Below, piece after piece: positions 1 to 10,911 of a DNA stretch of 64,000 nt. Made by a program: the position numbers and the translations under genes. The notes beneath the pieces were generated by a model. The model did no database searches and was not told the origin of the DNA. It worked only from the letters and a program-made list of their open reading frames with translations. The stretch's first letter is position 1. Each line of letters opens with the position of its first letter. Origin of the DNA: Amphiscolops sp. MND2022 (taxonomy: Eukaryota); the NCBI GenBank assembly GCA_964187785.1, contig OZ076409.1:85748001-85812000 (forward strand), read 5' to 3'.

Positions 1-3000
1 TGCGTGTTTTAGCTCAATTCCAAGCACTGCAGCGATTTCATGCGTTACTTGTGCATTGAATTGAGTTCCTAAATCTGTTATTATTGTTGTTGGTAGGTAT
101 GTGTGTTTGCATAATATATCCATTATAACTCTTGCTACTGCTGTTGCATTGATGCGAGTTACAGGATAAGCAAACAAGTATCTCGAAAAGACATCTATTG
201 CAGTGATAATATGGTCATAGCCTCCGCTGGGGGGGGGGGGGAGGTTTGGTAAGATATCCATTTGTAAGATGTCTTCTGGACCCAGATCCCATTCTGGGCA
301 ATTGAGGAGTTCTGTCCTCAGGAGATCGTTATTGATGCGTTTTGTTTGGATGCAAATTTGACAGTTATTAACCCATTTCTTGATGTATTTTGCTATACAT
401 GGGTAGTAGTATTTCTGTCTTGCTTCTTGTATCATTTTTGTGATACCTGGGTGGTTTGAATTATGACAGTGGAGGGCCTGAAGAAATTCATCTAGAAGTT
501 GAATTGGAAGAAGGATCTGGTAATGAGATATCGCTCCAGTATCTGTATAATATTTCCTAGTGAGTACCTCTTGTTTGATTTCTATTCTTGTTATATTTTG
601 TAGGTAGTGGTGGTATCTGTAGTCTGATGCCAATTCATTTTCATTGAAGGGATCGCCTTCGATTTTCGCACGTAGGTTTCTGAGGACTATGTCATTATTT
701 TGTTCGAGTCGTATTCTTGCATTATCTCTGAAGTATCCTGATGATACTGAAACTAGTCCCGATGTGGGTTTGTGGAATTGTTGTAGTTCAGAGACGTCAT
801 TTTCTGGTTCATTGTGAGTTTCAGTTTGAGCTTGATTTCTCACGTTTTGCTTTTCTTCCCAAAGTTTGTTCTCGTCAAATTCATCGTCGGGAAGGATGTA
901 GATTTGTTCTTCTTCAACTATGCCAGATGATTGGATATTTACTTCAATTGCTTTTGTATTGATATCATTACGAATAGTCATTTCAAGCCTTTCTGTTGGG
1001 TCTACTTCTGTTCGGGATAGAAAATCTGCTGCTGTGTTCATTGAGCCAGCAACATGAGCGATTACAAAGTTGTACTGCAATACATAATCGCAAGCGTTCC
1101 AGAGTGCTGGAGGGATCATTTTTGTTTGGAAAAATCGAGTTACCGAGCGATTGTCTGTGAACACAATTACTGGGAAAGTACTACCCCACATGAGGTGTCC
1201 AAATTCGACAAACGCGAAATATATGGAGAGAAATTCTTTTGCGTAAATTGACATTTTGGTTTGCGTTGGATTGAACATTTTGGATCCAAATGCTATGGGT
1301 GCATATGTTTTGCGTTTGGATTGTAGTTTTTGTTTCGGGTCGTCCTCTATCATGATTGCATAGCCTGCAGCTGTGAAGCTCGCATCGGACATGACTATGA
1401 GTTGTTTGTGTTTTAGTGGTTGTTTCAGGGCCAATTGGCAAGAATTTCCGAGGAGTTTGTTTAGGTTTGTGAATTCGTCTACCAAATTTGTTGGTACATA
1501 AAACTTGGATGTTTCCTTAAGGAGATTGAAAAATGGGGTTAATCGTTCTGAAAGGCGTGGAATATAGTTTCGGTAATAGTTCAAAAACCCAATATACCTT
1601 TGCAAGGCCTTTTTTGATTTAGGGAAATGGATTTTCGCGAGAAAATCTTTCACTTTGTCAGCTTGTGGGGCGACTCCATCAGGTGTGATTGTGCGACCTA
1701 GGAAGTCAATTTGTTTAACTCCGAAATGGCATTTCGACATGGAGAGTTTTAATCCTGCATTGCGTATGCATTCGAAGACTGTTCTGATGTTTGTACACAA
1801 TTGTTTTGTGTCATTGGCTGCTATGCCTATATCATCGACATATTGGGCACATTGGTCTGCTTTAATTGCTTTGTCCAGGTAGTCTCTCATGAAGCTTGAA
1901 AATGCGGAAAGAGATCTGCTGAGACCCTGGGCAAGCCTACGATATGCAAATGTTCTGCTTGCAAAATTGAAGGCAAGCATTTGGATGGATTGGTAGTCTG
2001 CCATCTGAAGGCAGTGGTAAGCTTGGGAGCAATCCAATTTACAGAAGAGTTTTTTTCCTGCCATGTGTTGGGCTGCATCCGATAAGGTGCTTACCGGGTG
2101 GTTGTTATTGACATAATCTTCAGTGATCAAGTTGTTGATTTTTCGTAGATCAACAAGAAGTCTGAGGCGCCCGTTGGGTTTCCGTTGTGCAAAGATTGGG
2201 CTTGCATATTTGGAGTAGGGTAAGGTTGTAATGATACCGTACTTGTGTAGTAGTGCAAGTTCTACAGTGATATCATCTTTGAGGTTAATTGGGGTTGGCA
2301 GACTTTGGCTGTAAGCAGGTCTGTCGTCATTGGGTGTAAGTTTTACTTTGAATTCCCTATTTATGCCAATATCAAAACGATGTCTGGCGAAGATATCGTG
2401 GAATTCGATGAGGATTTCTTCAATTTCTTGTCGTTCATCTGGGTTGAGCGTTGTATCCGACCAATCAAAGTGTGAAAGGAATTCTGTTCTGGAAGTTTCG
2501 TTATCATGTGGGTTTAGTTTCTCGAGTTGTTTAAGTTCGAGAAGTTCGTTATAGATACGTTGCTGAATTGGTGTATATGTGGTTGGGTCACCTGGTTCTT
2601 CAGGGGTTGGGAACCAGTAAGTTTCTTGCTCTGGATTTGGTTGTGGCACTTTTAGAAGTTCATTTATATAAACTTCCGTTGTCTCTTCATGTTGTATCAT
2701 GAAGGATAATAACGCTGGGTCTACTGGCTGAACATGTTTGATTTGTTCTGGGGTAAGGATCTTGAAATCCGCTAAATGGGTGTCCAGAGTAATGGTGTAT
2801 GGTAATTCAGAGAGATTGATAATTTGGTATCCGATGGCGTTGTTGTTAACTGTACTTAACGATGCCGTTATAAAGATACTGTCGTGATTTTCAAATTGTT
2901 GGGATGGAGTGATTATTCCAGTTGCGTCATGGTCCATCAAATGTGGCATTTTGCTTGCAATGGCGAGTGTTTCGCCCGGGCGTAAAGTGTAGTTATTCTC

Positions 3001-3825
3001 TGCAAACAATGGTGTTGCTGGTCGAATTGATGTTTGGGTGTCTGGTTTGAGCTGCATTGAAAGATAGGGAAAAGTTAAGATGCCTTGAGTGACATCGAAA
3101 ATTGCATTGTTTCGACGAAGAAAACACAGACCAATTAATGGGTTTGGTAGGTTTTTCATAATGATGAAATTTTCTTTTAACATGAAGTCAGCCACCTCAA
3201 ATTCTAGTAATACGGTACCAATGGGGACTTCTAGTTGTCCATTTGCCACCATAATTTGGAAGTTTGGTGGGGGACCGGTTTCTTTTATTGCTTCATTTGC
3301 AAGCAACTTGATTTTGTTGAGGTCCTGTTCGGAGATTGCACTTGTGAGAGCTCCGGTATCGATAAGGCCATCAAGGGTGAGTTTTTCGAAGTCCATCGGT
3401 ATGTAGTACATGTGGCGTTTTCGCTTCAATGTCAAGGATGTCGAAATTGGGAGGTATGATACATTTGTTTCTTTATCGAATTGTATATGTTCGGAGAGAT
3501 CTTCATTCAGGAGAGGTGGTTTTTGTTCGTTGCAGGAAGTTTTAATTGAGACATAGTTTTTTGGTGATTGTGGAGATTCTGGGATTTGGACGGTTTTGTG
3601 GTTAGTTGGTTGTGTTGTAAAGTAATTGTCAGGTGCGTCGGACAGAAGGTCATATAAGTCGTCAGATTGAGTTCCTGGTGTTGAGTGTTGAGAGTTTGGT
3701 GTTGTTGAATTATCTTTGATGTCTATAGTTTTTGTAGGTTTTGGGCTCGGCTGATGCTGCCAGTCATCAGCAGAGTTTGATTTTTCTAGTGATTTTTTGT
3801 GAAGGCGTGGCGATTCTAGTTTAAA
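1..3825 (-). CDS. pol: Pol polyprotein (protease, dUTPase-like insert, RT, RNase H, integrase), -1 frame relative to gag, 3'-partial
   Basis: Manual translation: LIDTGALTSAI (protease, ~3360), FCKLDCSQAY and AQYVDD (RT, ~1835), MSDASF (RNase H, ~1385), H-x4-H...CQIC and LQMDIL/IITDLGTQF (integrase). The frame at position 1 (FNAQVTHEIAAVLGIELKHA) equals the frame entered at 3825. Absence from the ORF track is consistent with no stop before the window edge. Confidence 0.93.
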
Positions 3826-5507
3826 TCCTTCGACGAGGATTGTTGTGGGCGTTCTGTTTTTGGTTTTATTGGCTTTCGTGCCTGTTTGTATGCTTCAATA
3901 ATCTTTTGTTGGGCTTCTGTAAGATTCCACTTCGGTGGTCGATTTTCCATGTTGGCGCCGAAGTAGCAATTTTCTTCCTCATGACCTGGTGTGTTGCAGT
4001 TCTCACATTTTGCTGCATCCGGGTCTTCTTCGAGTTTTCGTCGTTTTGCCAGTTTGGGGCAATCGGCCATCATGTGGCCTGCCTCTTTGCAATAACGGCA
4101 TTGGTTATTTTTGAGTGTTTTGTCAGGCACTGTTTTTGGCGTTTGTTTTTTGGTTTTCTCGTTTGGTTTTTTGTTGGGTTTTTCAGTGTTTTGTTCTTTT
4201 TTAGTGACGGTCATCTGAGTTTTGACAAGTGTTTCATCAGCCTCTAGACCGTTGAGTTCCATTTCTCTTTCGAGATGTTTGACTATTTGGTCATAAGTGC
4301 CATTTTCAAGGTATGCTTGATTTATGGATTTTTTGAGATGGGGAGGCATTTTAGCATAGAGTAGGTTCTCTATCATTTGATGAGCGTTGTCCCCAAATGC
4401 TTTCTCGGCACTTTCTTGGAGTTCTTCTAGGAAATCCGGAAGTTTTTGATTCTCTGGGTCAAATGAGAGTCTGTTGAATCGGTGCTTGGCAGATGCACTA
4501 GACTCCGGTTTGACATACTTTCTACGAAAGACCTTTAGAATATCCTCTAAGGTTGTAGTTGGAGTTCTTTGTATGTTTTTGAATGTTTTGAGAGCCAAAC
4601 CTCTCAGGTGTGCGTGAAAATGGTTAATTTTCATTTCTTCTGTTAGGTTTCGCTGCATTCGAAGTGTTGTATGAAATAAGTCTTCGAAATATTCGAATTT
4701 CTCATTTTTCTCATTTTTCCCGTTGAAGGTAAGTGTGTTTTTAGGGTGAAATAGAGACTGTGAAGAATTTTTGTTTGCCAATTTTTCTATTGCCTGTGCA
4801 ATTTGGTTAACTGGGTCAGGTGGTATTGTTGGCAAATTTGAAGAATTTTGATCTGCGCGGGATCCTATTGTGTCGTTTAGTTGTTGTGAGCTTTGTCTAT
4901 GGAGTTGTCGGTTGGCTCCTGTCACCATGTGATAATCCTCATCTAGGCTTTCTGCGTTAGATTCTTCGTCTGAGTGTATAGTCATGTCAACATCAGATTC
5001 ACTTCGAAATAAAGGTTTCGCAGGATGTTTGAGGTCCTTCATTTTAGAAGCCCTAAGAGGATAATCGTCGTTTTCAGAATCTGAATTTCCATTATTAGAT
5101 GCGCGAACTCCTATAGACGGGTCTAACCTGGACCCCGACGGTCGTGGTTCTTGTATTTCATTTGCTTCAGATCTTGGATTTGTTGTTATTGAAGTGCTTT
5201 TATTGCATTTTATCTCTTTCAGAATTGCTTCTAGTTTACTGTCCATTTCTTCTCTCATTTTCTCTATCCTTTCTGTATTTTTCCGTTCAACGATCTGAGT
5301 CCAAACTTGTATCTCATCACTAATTTGACTGGGTTCTCTTAGTTGGTTTTCAAGGTTCGGTTCACTTAGGTTTTCTTGGACATTTAAATTAGAATTAAAT
5401 AAAGTTATATTACCTGTTTCTGAAGAATCAACTCTAGTTTCGCTCACCTCTCTCTCAGGAGATGGGGTTGCTAGTCTCCTTGATCTTCGACTTCTTTTAT
5501 TTCCCAT
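3816..5507 (-). CDS. gag: Gag (563 aa) with LTR-encoded N-terminal extension, capsid-like core and two CCHC zinc knuckles
   Basis: ORF track; CRYCKEAGHMMADC and CENCNTPGHEEENC; FNGK..FEYFEDLF capsid-like region; lies directly upstream of pol. Confidence 0.93.
   Translation of the reverse strand: MGNKRSRRSRRLATPSPEREVSETRVDSSETGNITLFNSNLNVQENLSEPNLENQLREPSQISDEIQVWTQIVERKNTERIEKMREEMDSKLEAILKEIKCNKSTSITTNPRSEANEIQEPRPSGSRLDPSIGVRASNNGNSDSENDDYPLRASKMKDLKHPAKPLFRSESDVDMTIHSDEESNAESLDEDYHMVTGANRQLHRQSSQQLNDTIGSRADQNSSNLPTIPPDPVNQIAQAIEKLANKNSSQSLFHPKNTLTFNGKNEKNEKFEYFEDLFHTTLRMQRNLTEEMKINHFHAHLRGLALKTFKNIQRTPTTTLEDILKVFRRKYVKPESSASAKHRFNRLSFDPENQKLPDFLEELQESAEKAFGDNAHQMIENLLYAKMPPHLKKSINQAYLENGTYDQIVKHLEREMELNGLEADETLVKTQMTVTKKEQNTEKPNKKPNEKTKKQTPKTVPDKTLKNNQCRYCKEAGHMMADCPKLAKRRKLEEDPDAAKCENCNTPGHEEENCYFGANMENRPPKWNLTEAQQKIIEAYKQARKPIKPKTERPQQSSSKDLN
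3819..3825 (-). promoter_or_regulatory. -1 ribosomal frameshift heptamer U_UUA_AAC immediately before the gag UAG
   Basis: Sense reads GAT TTA AAC TAG; a -1 shift opens the pol frame; canonical X_XXY_YYZ form. Confidence 0.85.
4914..4927 (-). promoter_or_regulatory. Primer-binding site TGGTGACAGGAG(CC), inside the gag ORF
   Basis: CA|TGG junction; identical 12-mer at 60268 and 61136; resembles the tRNA-Leu-type PBS TGGTGTCAGGAG. Confidence 0.8.
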
Positions 5508-5782
5508 TTCACTTAGCAGAAAACGAGTTATGTTTGCTGGGGAAGAATTTGAATTATGTTCTCAGTATGGAAAAATCCAAACTTTGGAAAACAATGAAAA
5601 CTGATGGTATTTGCAAGAGTCTGGAGAAATTGATACAACTGCACTTCAGGAGGGTTATTTCAATTGTGTCTTGCATTTAGGAAATCCCCTCTTCAAAATA
5701 TAAAAAGAATGACAGTCATTTTTACAAGTATCATGTAGTCCTGGAAAACACGAAAATAGGATAACGTCAAATTACGTAATTC

Positions 5783-5790
5783 TATTTATA
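5783..5790 (-). promoter_or_regulatory. LTR TATA box (TATAAATA)
   Basis: Conserved in sequence and spacing (~277 nt before the gag ATG) with 59407-59414. Confidence 0.7.
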
Positions 5791-5894
5791 TCGCTCCCAC
5801 AATAATGCAAATGCGTCTAGTCATCCTTAAAACCCTAGAGAAAATACTGTAAAGTGATATAATAAGCACCCCAAATGCTATTTGATAATGTACA

Positions 5895-6335
5895 ATTGCA
5901 TGACGTTCAAAACTACACATTTAGTTGAAAACCGCATAACTCCGCATATACTTTGAACCCGAATTCGTAGGGTGACGTATAACACACGTGAACGTTTTCC
6001 TCACGTCTGGTTAGTAGTGTATATACAGCACAATGCGATACGCACAATATTTTGATCAAAAACGTATGTTAACGTATATTCGTCACTGCGGGAACCGTAT
6101 AGTGACGTATACTATGAATGATGGAAAAGCATATTACCGTATACCCTGATAGTTTAAAAACGTATCTTTATGCATATTCAAAAAACGTATAACACCGCAT
6201 ACTCAAAAATCAGTTCACGCATAATGGTGTATGCTCATAAAGCCATTTTATGTATAATGACGCATCCTTGTTAATTGAAAAGTGTCTAATGACGTATGTC
6301 CACAGTTCTAATTGTAGCATGATTACGCATAATGT
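5895..6335 (-). repeat. U3 array of degenerate ATRCG-N5-ATRCG (TACGTCATTATGCGG-like) motifs
   Basis: Plus strand shows ccgcata, tgacgtat, cgcataatggtgtat, tataatgacgcat, ctaatgacgtat repeatedly. Confidence 0.75.
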
Positions 6336-7099
6336 GGAATCAGAAGTCACAGATTGATCTTGCTTATGTAGTTTTTAAGCACATGTTACTTTTATGAATG
6401 TAATTCAGATGGATTTGACATCACTGAAGGGTTCGGAAAATATCCTAGAATGAAATTCATCAATGGAGAGAAACAAATAATCAGCATCATAATATAAAAA
6501 TACCATCAACATGAGAATTAATCGGAGTTTAAAATGTTTTGTTATCAGGTCTTTCAGGTGTTCCTTTCACTGTTGCACAACGGAACCATCGCACCTCGAG
6601 GGATGCGACAAATGTATTTTCATGTACTTCTTTATTGGATTTATTATATGGTTATCATTTGTTTAGGTGCAGTTAGAGTTATAAATATTATTTTTATTAC
6701 AAATATCATTATTATTATTATTACTACTATTTCAATGATAATTTCACTTGACCTCTTAACTGGGGGTATTAAATTGGTGGGGAACCAGGGGTTGGTAATA
6801 TTGTATTGCAATGCAATACAAGCCTACCAATAACTAATTTTTGTGCTTGAGAAAAAATAAATTATTTTTATTTCTTCGATCTCGAAATAAGAATTTTTTA
6901 TTTATTTATTGACAATAATTTTTCCAATATTTATTCATTGCCAACCCCTAGGAGGAACTAACAGAAAAGATCCCTTCATCATTTTCAAATATCAATTATC
7001 ACGTTTGAACGCCACTTCATTCGTTACAGTGTGGTATGAGGCGCTGCGCGGAATGTATACATGTACTGTATATATATTCCAATTAGTTTACTGTAAATA

Positions 7100-7262
7100 G
7101 GGGACTATGGCTCAGAGCAACAGCTTCCGCTTGTCAGATCACCAAAGGTAAACACTTGGCAGGCGGAGGCGTTTGATATGTGTACCATATCTGTAGATAT
7201 CTATGGATAGGTCTCAGATATCAACTATATCAACTGCTGGCTCTGAGCAAATGTCCCCATTT
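7100..7262. mobile_element. ~165-bp MITE-like family (GGGGAC..GCTCAGA / TCTGAGC..GTCCCC); relatives near 28395-28595, 35539-35710, 41614-41777
   Basis: Imperfect terminal inverted repeats and several dispersed copies in the window. Confidence 0.6.
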
Positions 7263-7497
7263 TGAAAAATGTTGAAAATCATTTTTGAAATGAATCACTG
7301 TACTATTTCAATAAGCGCCAAGAATGACCAAAAATTCTTCATTCTCCAAAAAGTGCTCAACGGCGAGTAAAAAATGAAAACTTTTTTCCTGTAATTAAGG
7401 CATTTTATTGTACAATAAATGTATTAATTATTGTTGTTTGAAAGTTAGTGTTTTTATTGAAAATGCCAGTCAAAGTTATGCATTTATTGAATGTAGG

Positions 7498-7776
7498 CAG
7501 GGGTGTTCAATAAATAATTATGGGTGGGAATAATTTTAAAAAATAAAAAATTGATTTATTTTTCCACTCAAGGAAATAAAAAGAATTATTTTTGAACCTG
7601 TTAAAATGAAAATAATTATTCTTGAGATAACTAAAACTAAAAGCGCTAAATTCAACACTAATTCAATTTTTGTTGATATCCATTTTTTGCCGAGAAAAAT
7701 AATAATTAATTTAGCAAAAAAATATAATTTATTTTCAAGCAATAATAATATTCGAATAAAATATTGAACACCCCTG
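7498..7776. mobile_element. Non-autonomous hAT element (MITE)
   Basis: TIR CAGGGGTGTTCAATA; perfect 8-bp TSD AATGTAGG. Confidence 0.9.
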
Positions 7777-8149
7777 AATGTAGGGTATCCATTAATAATG
7801 CATTCTTTTAATGCAAATCCCTGATCGCAACTCCATTGCTTAAAATAGCGAATTTAAAACTCAAATATCTTTAAAATTGTCAGCTACAAAAGTTTCTTAG
7901 ACTTTTATGTAGTTTACAAAAATGTTTGTTTGAAAAATCTGCGGGAAAAATTTTAAAAGTTAGAAAACCGAAAATTTGACAAAATTTCAGGATCTTTTCT
8001 GGTAATCCCTCACAAAGTTAAAAAAATATTTTTGGAAAATTTTTTATCCATCATTTGCCCCCATTCTCTTGCGGATGCTGATATGGTTTCATTGATTTTT
8101 TTTCCATTTAAAATAAAAATCATCAATTCTCTAAATACAATTCAAACTT

Positions 8150-8385
8150 TCATTGATATAGCAACGCGGTGTGATTTTGAGTAATTTCTTGTGAAATAGC
8201 AACGCAGTGTGATTTTGAGCAGTTTCTTTTGAAATAGCAACGCGGTGTGATTTTGAGTAATTTCATCTGAAATAGCAACGCGATGTGATTTCGAGTACTT
8301 CGATGAAATAGCAACGCGGTGTGATATTCGAGTATTTCGAGTAACTTCGGTGAAATAGCAACGCGATGTGATTTTCGAGTATGTT
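8150..8385 (+). repeat. ~37-bp minisatellite (GAAATAGCAACGCGATGTGATTTCGAGTAACTTCGGT)
   Basis: About 6 tandem units visible. Confidence 0.9.
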
Positions 8386-8817
8386 GACAAGCAATACGAT
8401 TGAAAGCAAATAAGATTAAAAGCAAATATTAGTTGTTCGTTTCAAGGCAAGCTTAGCGCAATGGTCTCGTCGTATATAGTGTAAAGGTCAGCACTCACGC
8501 CTAACCAGCAAATTGAGGTTCGATCCCGGACATGTAAAAATGTTTCATATTTTGGAAATATTTTTCGATTTTGGTAAAATACCCTTGAAAAAGGCCTTGC
8601 TATTTCTGTTGTTTTTTAATTATCTGTTGTTTACAAATATATACCGTGATGTAATGTTCTTTTGGCAGTTCGTACATGTTATTTCTGTTTGAGTTGTATC
8701 ATTCTTCGGCAAGAATATTAGTTGAAACATTTGATTGAACAATCCTTTGATAATTTCAGTATTGACCTCTTCGTTTTTGGAAGCGTTTCGTAGATACCGA
8801 GATTTACGAGATATCAG

Positions 8818-9050
8818 AGTAACTTCGGTGAAATAGCAACGCAATGTGATTTTCGAGTAACTTCATTGAAATAGCAACGCGGTATGATTTCGGGTAACTT
8901 CGGTGAAATAGCAACGCGATGTGATTTCGAGTAACTTCATTGAAATAGCAACGCGATGTGGTTTTCCCCAGTGAATTTCATTGAAATATTAATGCGGCTT
9001 AATTTTCAATCACATAAAGTGAAATAGCAACCCGATGTGATTTCGAGTTT
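8818..9050 (+). repeat. ~37-bp minisatellite, same family
   Basis: About 5 units. Confidence 0.9.
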
Positions 9051-10316
9051 TGTCTAATGGGGGCCTATTCATACAGCAGAAACTAAAGCAGCATAAAGAA
9101 GCATCCTGATGGGAATGAATATAAAAACTATTGACTAATGACTGGAATAATCTAGAAGGGGAGACACTTTTGTGTTGTCTTTTGTTGTTTAAAGGTTCAA
9201 AGACGCCACTGTACTGTATAATATTGATTTTTAACATCGATATTTTAACAAGATAAGATATATTGAAGAAAAAGGATCTATTTTTAGCTCAACGTAAATC
9301 ATCTAGACACTATCATGAGTCTTATATGTACTGCATTTTATATAAACCTCAGGAAAGTGCTAGTCGAAATATGTCAAATCAAGGTTAATTTGGATATTGT
9401 TTGCTAATGGCCCCCGCGAACTTATTGCCACCTTTCCCCACCTAAAAGTTTTGGATTTTCAGCGTAGTCGTTTTCACAGTGTTTTGTCAGAGGATATATC
9501 CCAGCTTACTGATAAAGGGCCACAGTATCCCATTTAGTTTTGATAATGATCACGAGTTTGCTCAATTTCATTTTGGATAGAGCCATTTTACGTGTTGACC
9601 GGGATTTTAGAAGTGAAAGTCAAGTTGTTCATGCAGCGTGACAAACTTCATTTTCCAATCAATGATCACCTTTTCTTGTTCACACAAGCGTGGAACGAAC
9701 CTGACTTCATAGTTTTTGTTTGAAGTACGTTCGAAAGCTTGGATTCAATAATTGATTAATTTCCGTGAAGGTGGCAATTTTCTGCAAATACTTTGGTGAC
9801 AGATAAATTTTCCTGTGAGTGGGGTGGGGGGTATTAGCAAACAAGATCCGTTAATATATATCATAAATCAGAAATTGTTCAATTGTAACACGACGAATTT
9901 GGTCTCGGTGCAAAACTGGGGCTATACTGTACAGTAGTGTTCATATCGTTTTCATATAGTACCAGTCTGGCACCGAGCAACATCACCGTCCAAGTTAATA
10001 AACCACTTGACTTGAAATATTTCACTTGAAAGGAATGTATTCGATGCCTATTCTGATTGAGTAAGACAGTACCAAATTTCATTCATTCGAAAGAAAATGG
10101 AGGAAGCCAGAAGTAAGTGTTTTATGCTGTTATGTTTTATTTTTTTTTCAAATTTTACATTTTTTTCTTACTCAAAATGTTCCTGATTTTGATTTACACA
10201 ACGTTTACGAAACCAGAGTTGGTGGGACATAGACCCCACTTTTTACTAGGCTTTGGTGGGACGGAAATAAAGTAAACTCATAGTAAAAAAAACTAAACTA
10301 GTAAAAAATTACATTG

Positions 10317-10911
10317 TCAAGAATTCACAAGTAAAGAACTCACTGGGTTCTGGTGAATAGAATACAAGTCGGATGCCTCAATTCCTCGCTCTCTGAATTC
10401 TTGCTGACGTCTCAAACAAGTGTTTTTTGACAGGTGTTGCTTGAGTTTTCCAGTGCTGGCGCAAATCAAACCGCATTCAGGACAAGTACAGCGATGAATA
10501 CTCAAAGTTTTCCGTTGTTGATGAGCTAAAACAGAATGAAGTTCATATCTCTAGATCTTCAAATAACATAATATCAAAAAGCATAAAAATGGAATTAGTT
10601 CAAATTTTAAATGGCAAAGCATGAGTTACATAGAAAACACTACTTTGGGCCTCACCTATGATAGCATGAAAAAGGAAAACAACAGTCAACGAATAACCAT
10701 TTTCTTTTTGTTTGTTTCCTTCGGGATTTAAACTAAAACTTTTCCCCAAAACTTCGTTTCGAACAAATTTCAAAAATTCCTCATTTTGAAAATATTTTTC
10801 AAATCCAACATAATATCTGAACTCACCAAGGCATGTAGATTGATGACGCGTGTAGAACCATTGCTTGTTGGAATCAAACTCTTTGAATCAGTGGATACAA
10901 GTGAAGGTCAT
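10317..10911 (-). pseudogene. Small spliced gene with two C2HC-like zinc fingers; in-frame TGA at a Cys position
   Basis: Exon 10911-10827 (MTFTCIH*FKEFDSNKQWFYTRHQSTCL), GTGAGT donor at 10826, TTTTAG acceptor at 10526, in frame with CPECGLICASTGKLKQHLSKNTC. TAAATA and CCAAT boxes upstream. Confidence 0.55.

Larger units (their letters stand above)
1..6610 (-). mobile_element. Ty3/Gypsy LTR retrotransposon, copy 1 (5' LTR + gag + pol; 3' part beyond window start), apparently intact
   Basis: Gag with two CCHC knuckles; pol in PR-RT-RH-IN order (Gypsy order); homology to 58607-60876 ends sharply at TGTCGC (6610). Confidence 0.95.
4928..6610 (-). repeat. 5' LTR of copy 1 (1683 bp, TGT...ACA)
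   Basis: Starts TGTCGCA at 6610 and ends TATCACA at 4928 directly before TGGTGACAGGAG; colinear with 58607-60267 (1661 bp). Confidence 0.8.

Noticed and set aside
741..4247. Plus-strand ORFs over copy 1 (and minus-strand ORFs over 47720-51329 and 59867-63978)
   Set aside because: Antisense shadows of gag/pol with no recognisable domains.
6394..6450. Short similarity (ACATCACTGAAG) to the ORF3 start at 57738
   Set aside because: Opposite orientation relative to the element and only ~12 nt; likely chance.
8142..8425. Repetitive ORFs (SHRVAIS / HIALLF), also at 26914, 33532, 44437
   Set aside because: Translations of the 37-bp minisatellite.
8466..8533. Functional tRNA gene
   Set aside because: B-box present but acceptor and anticodon stems do not pair; at most a relic.
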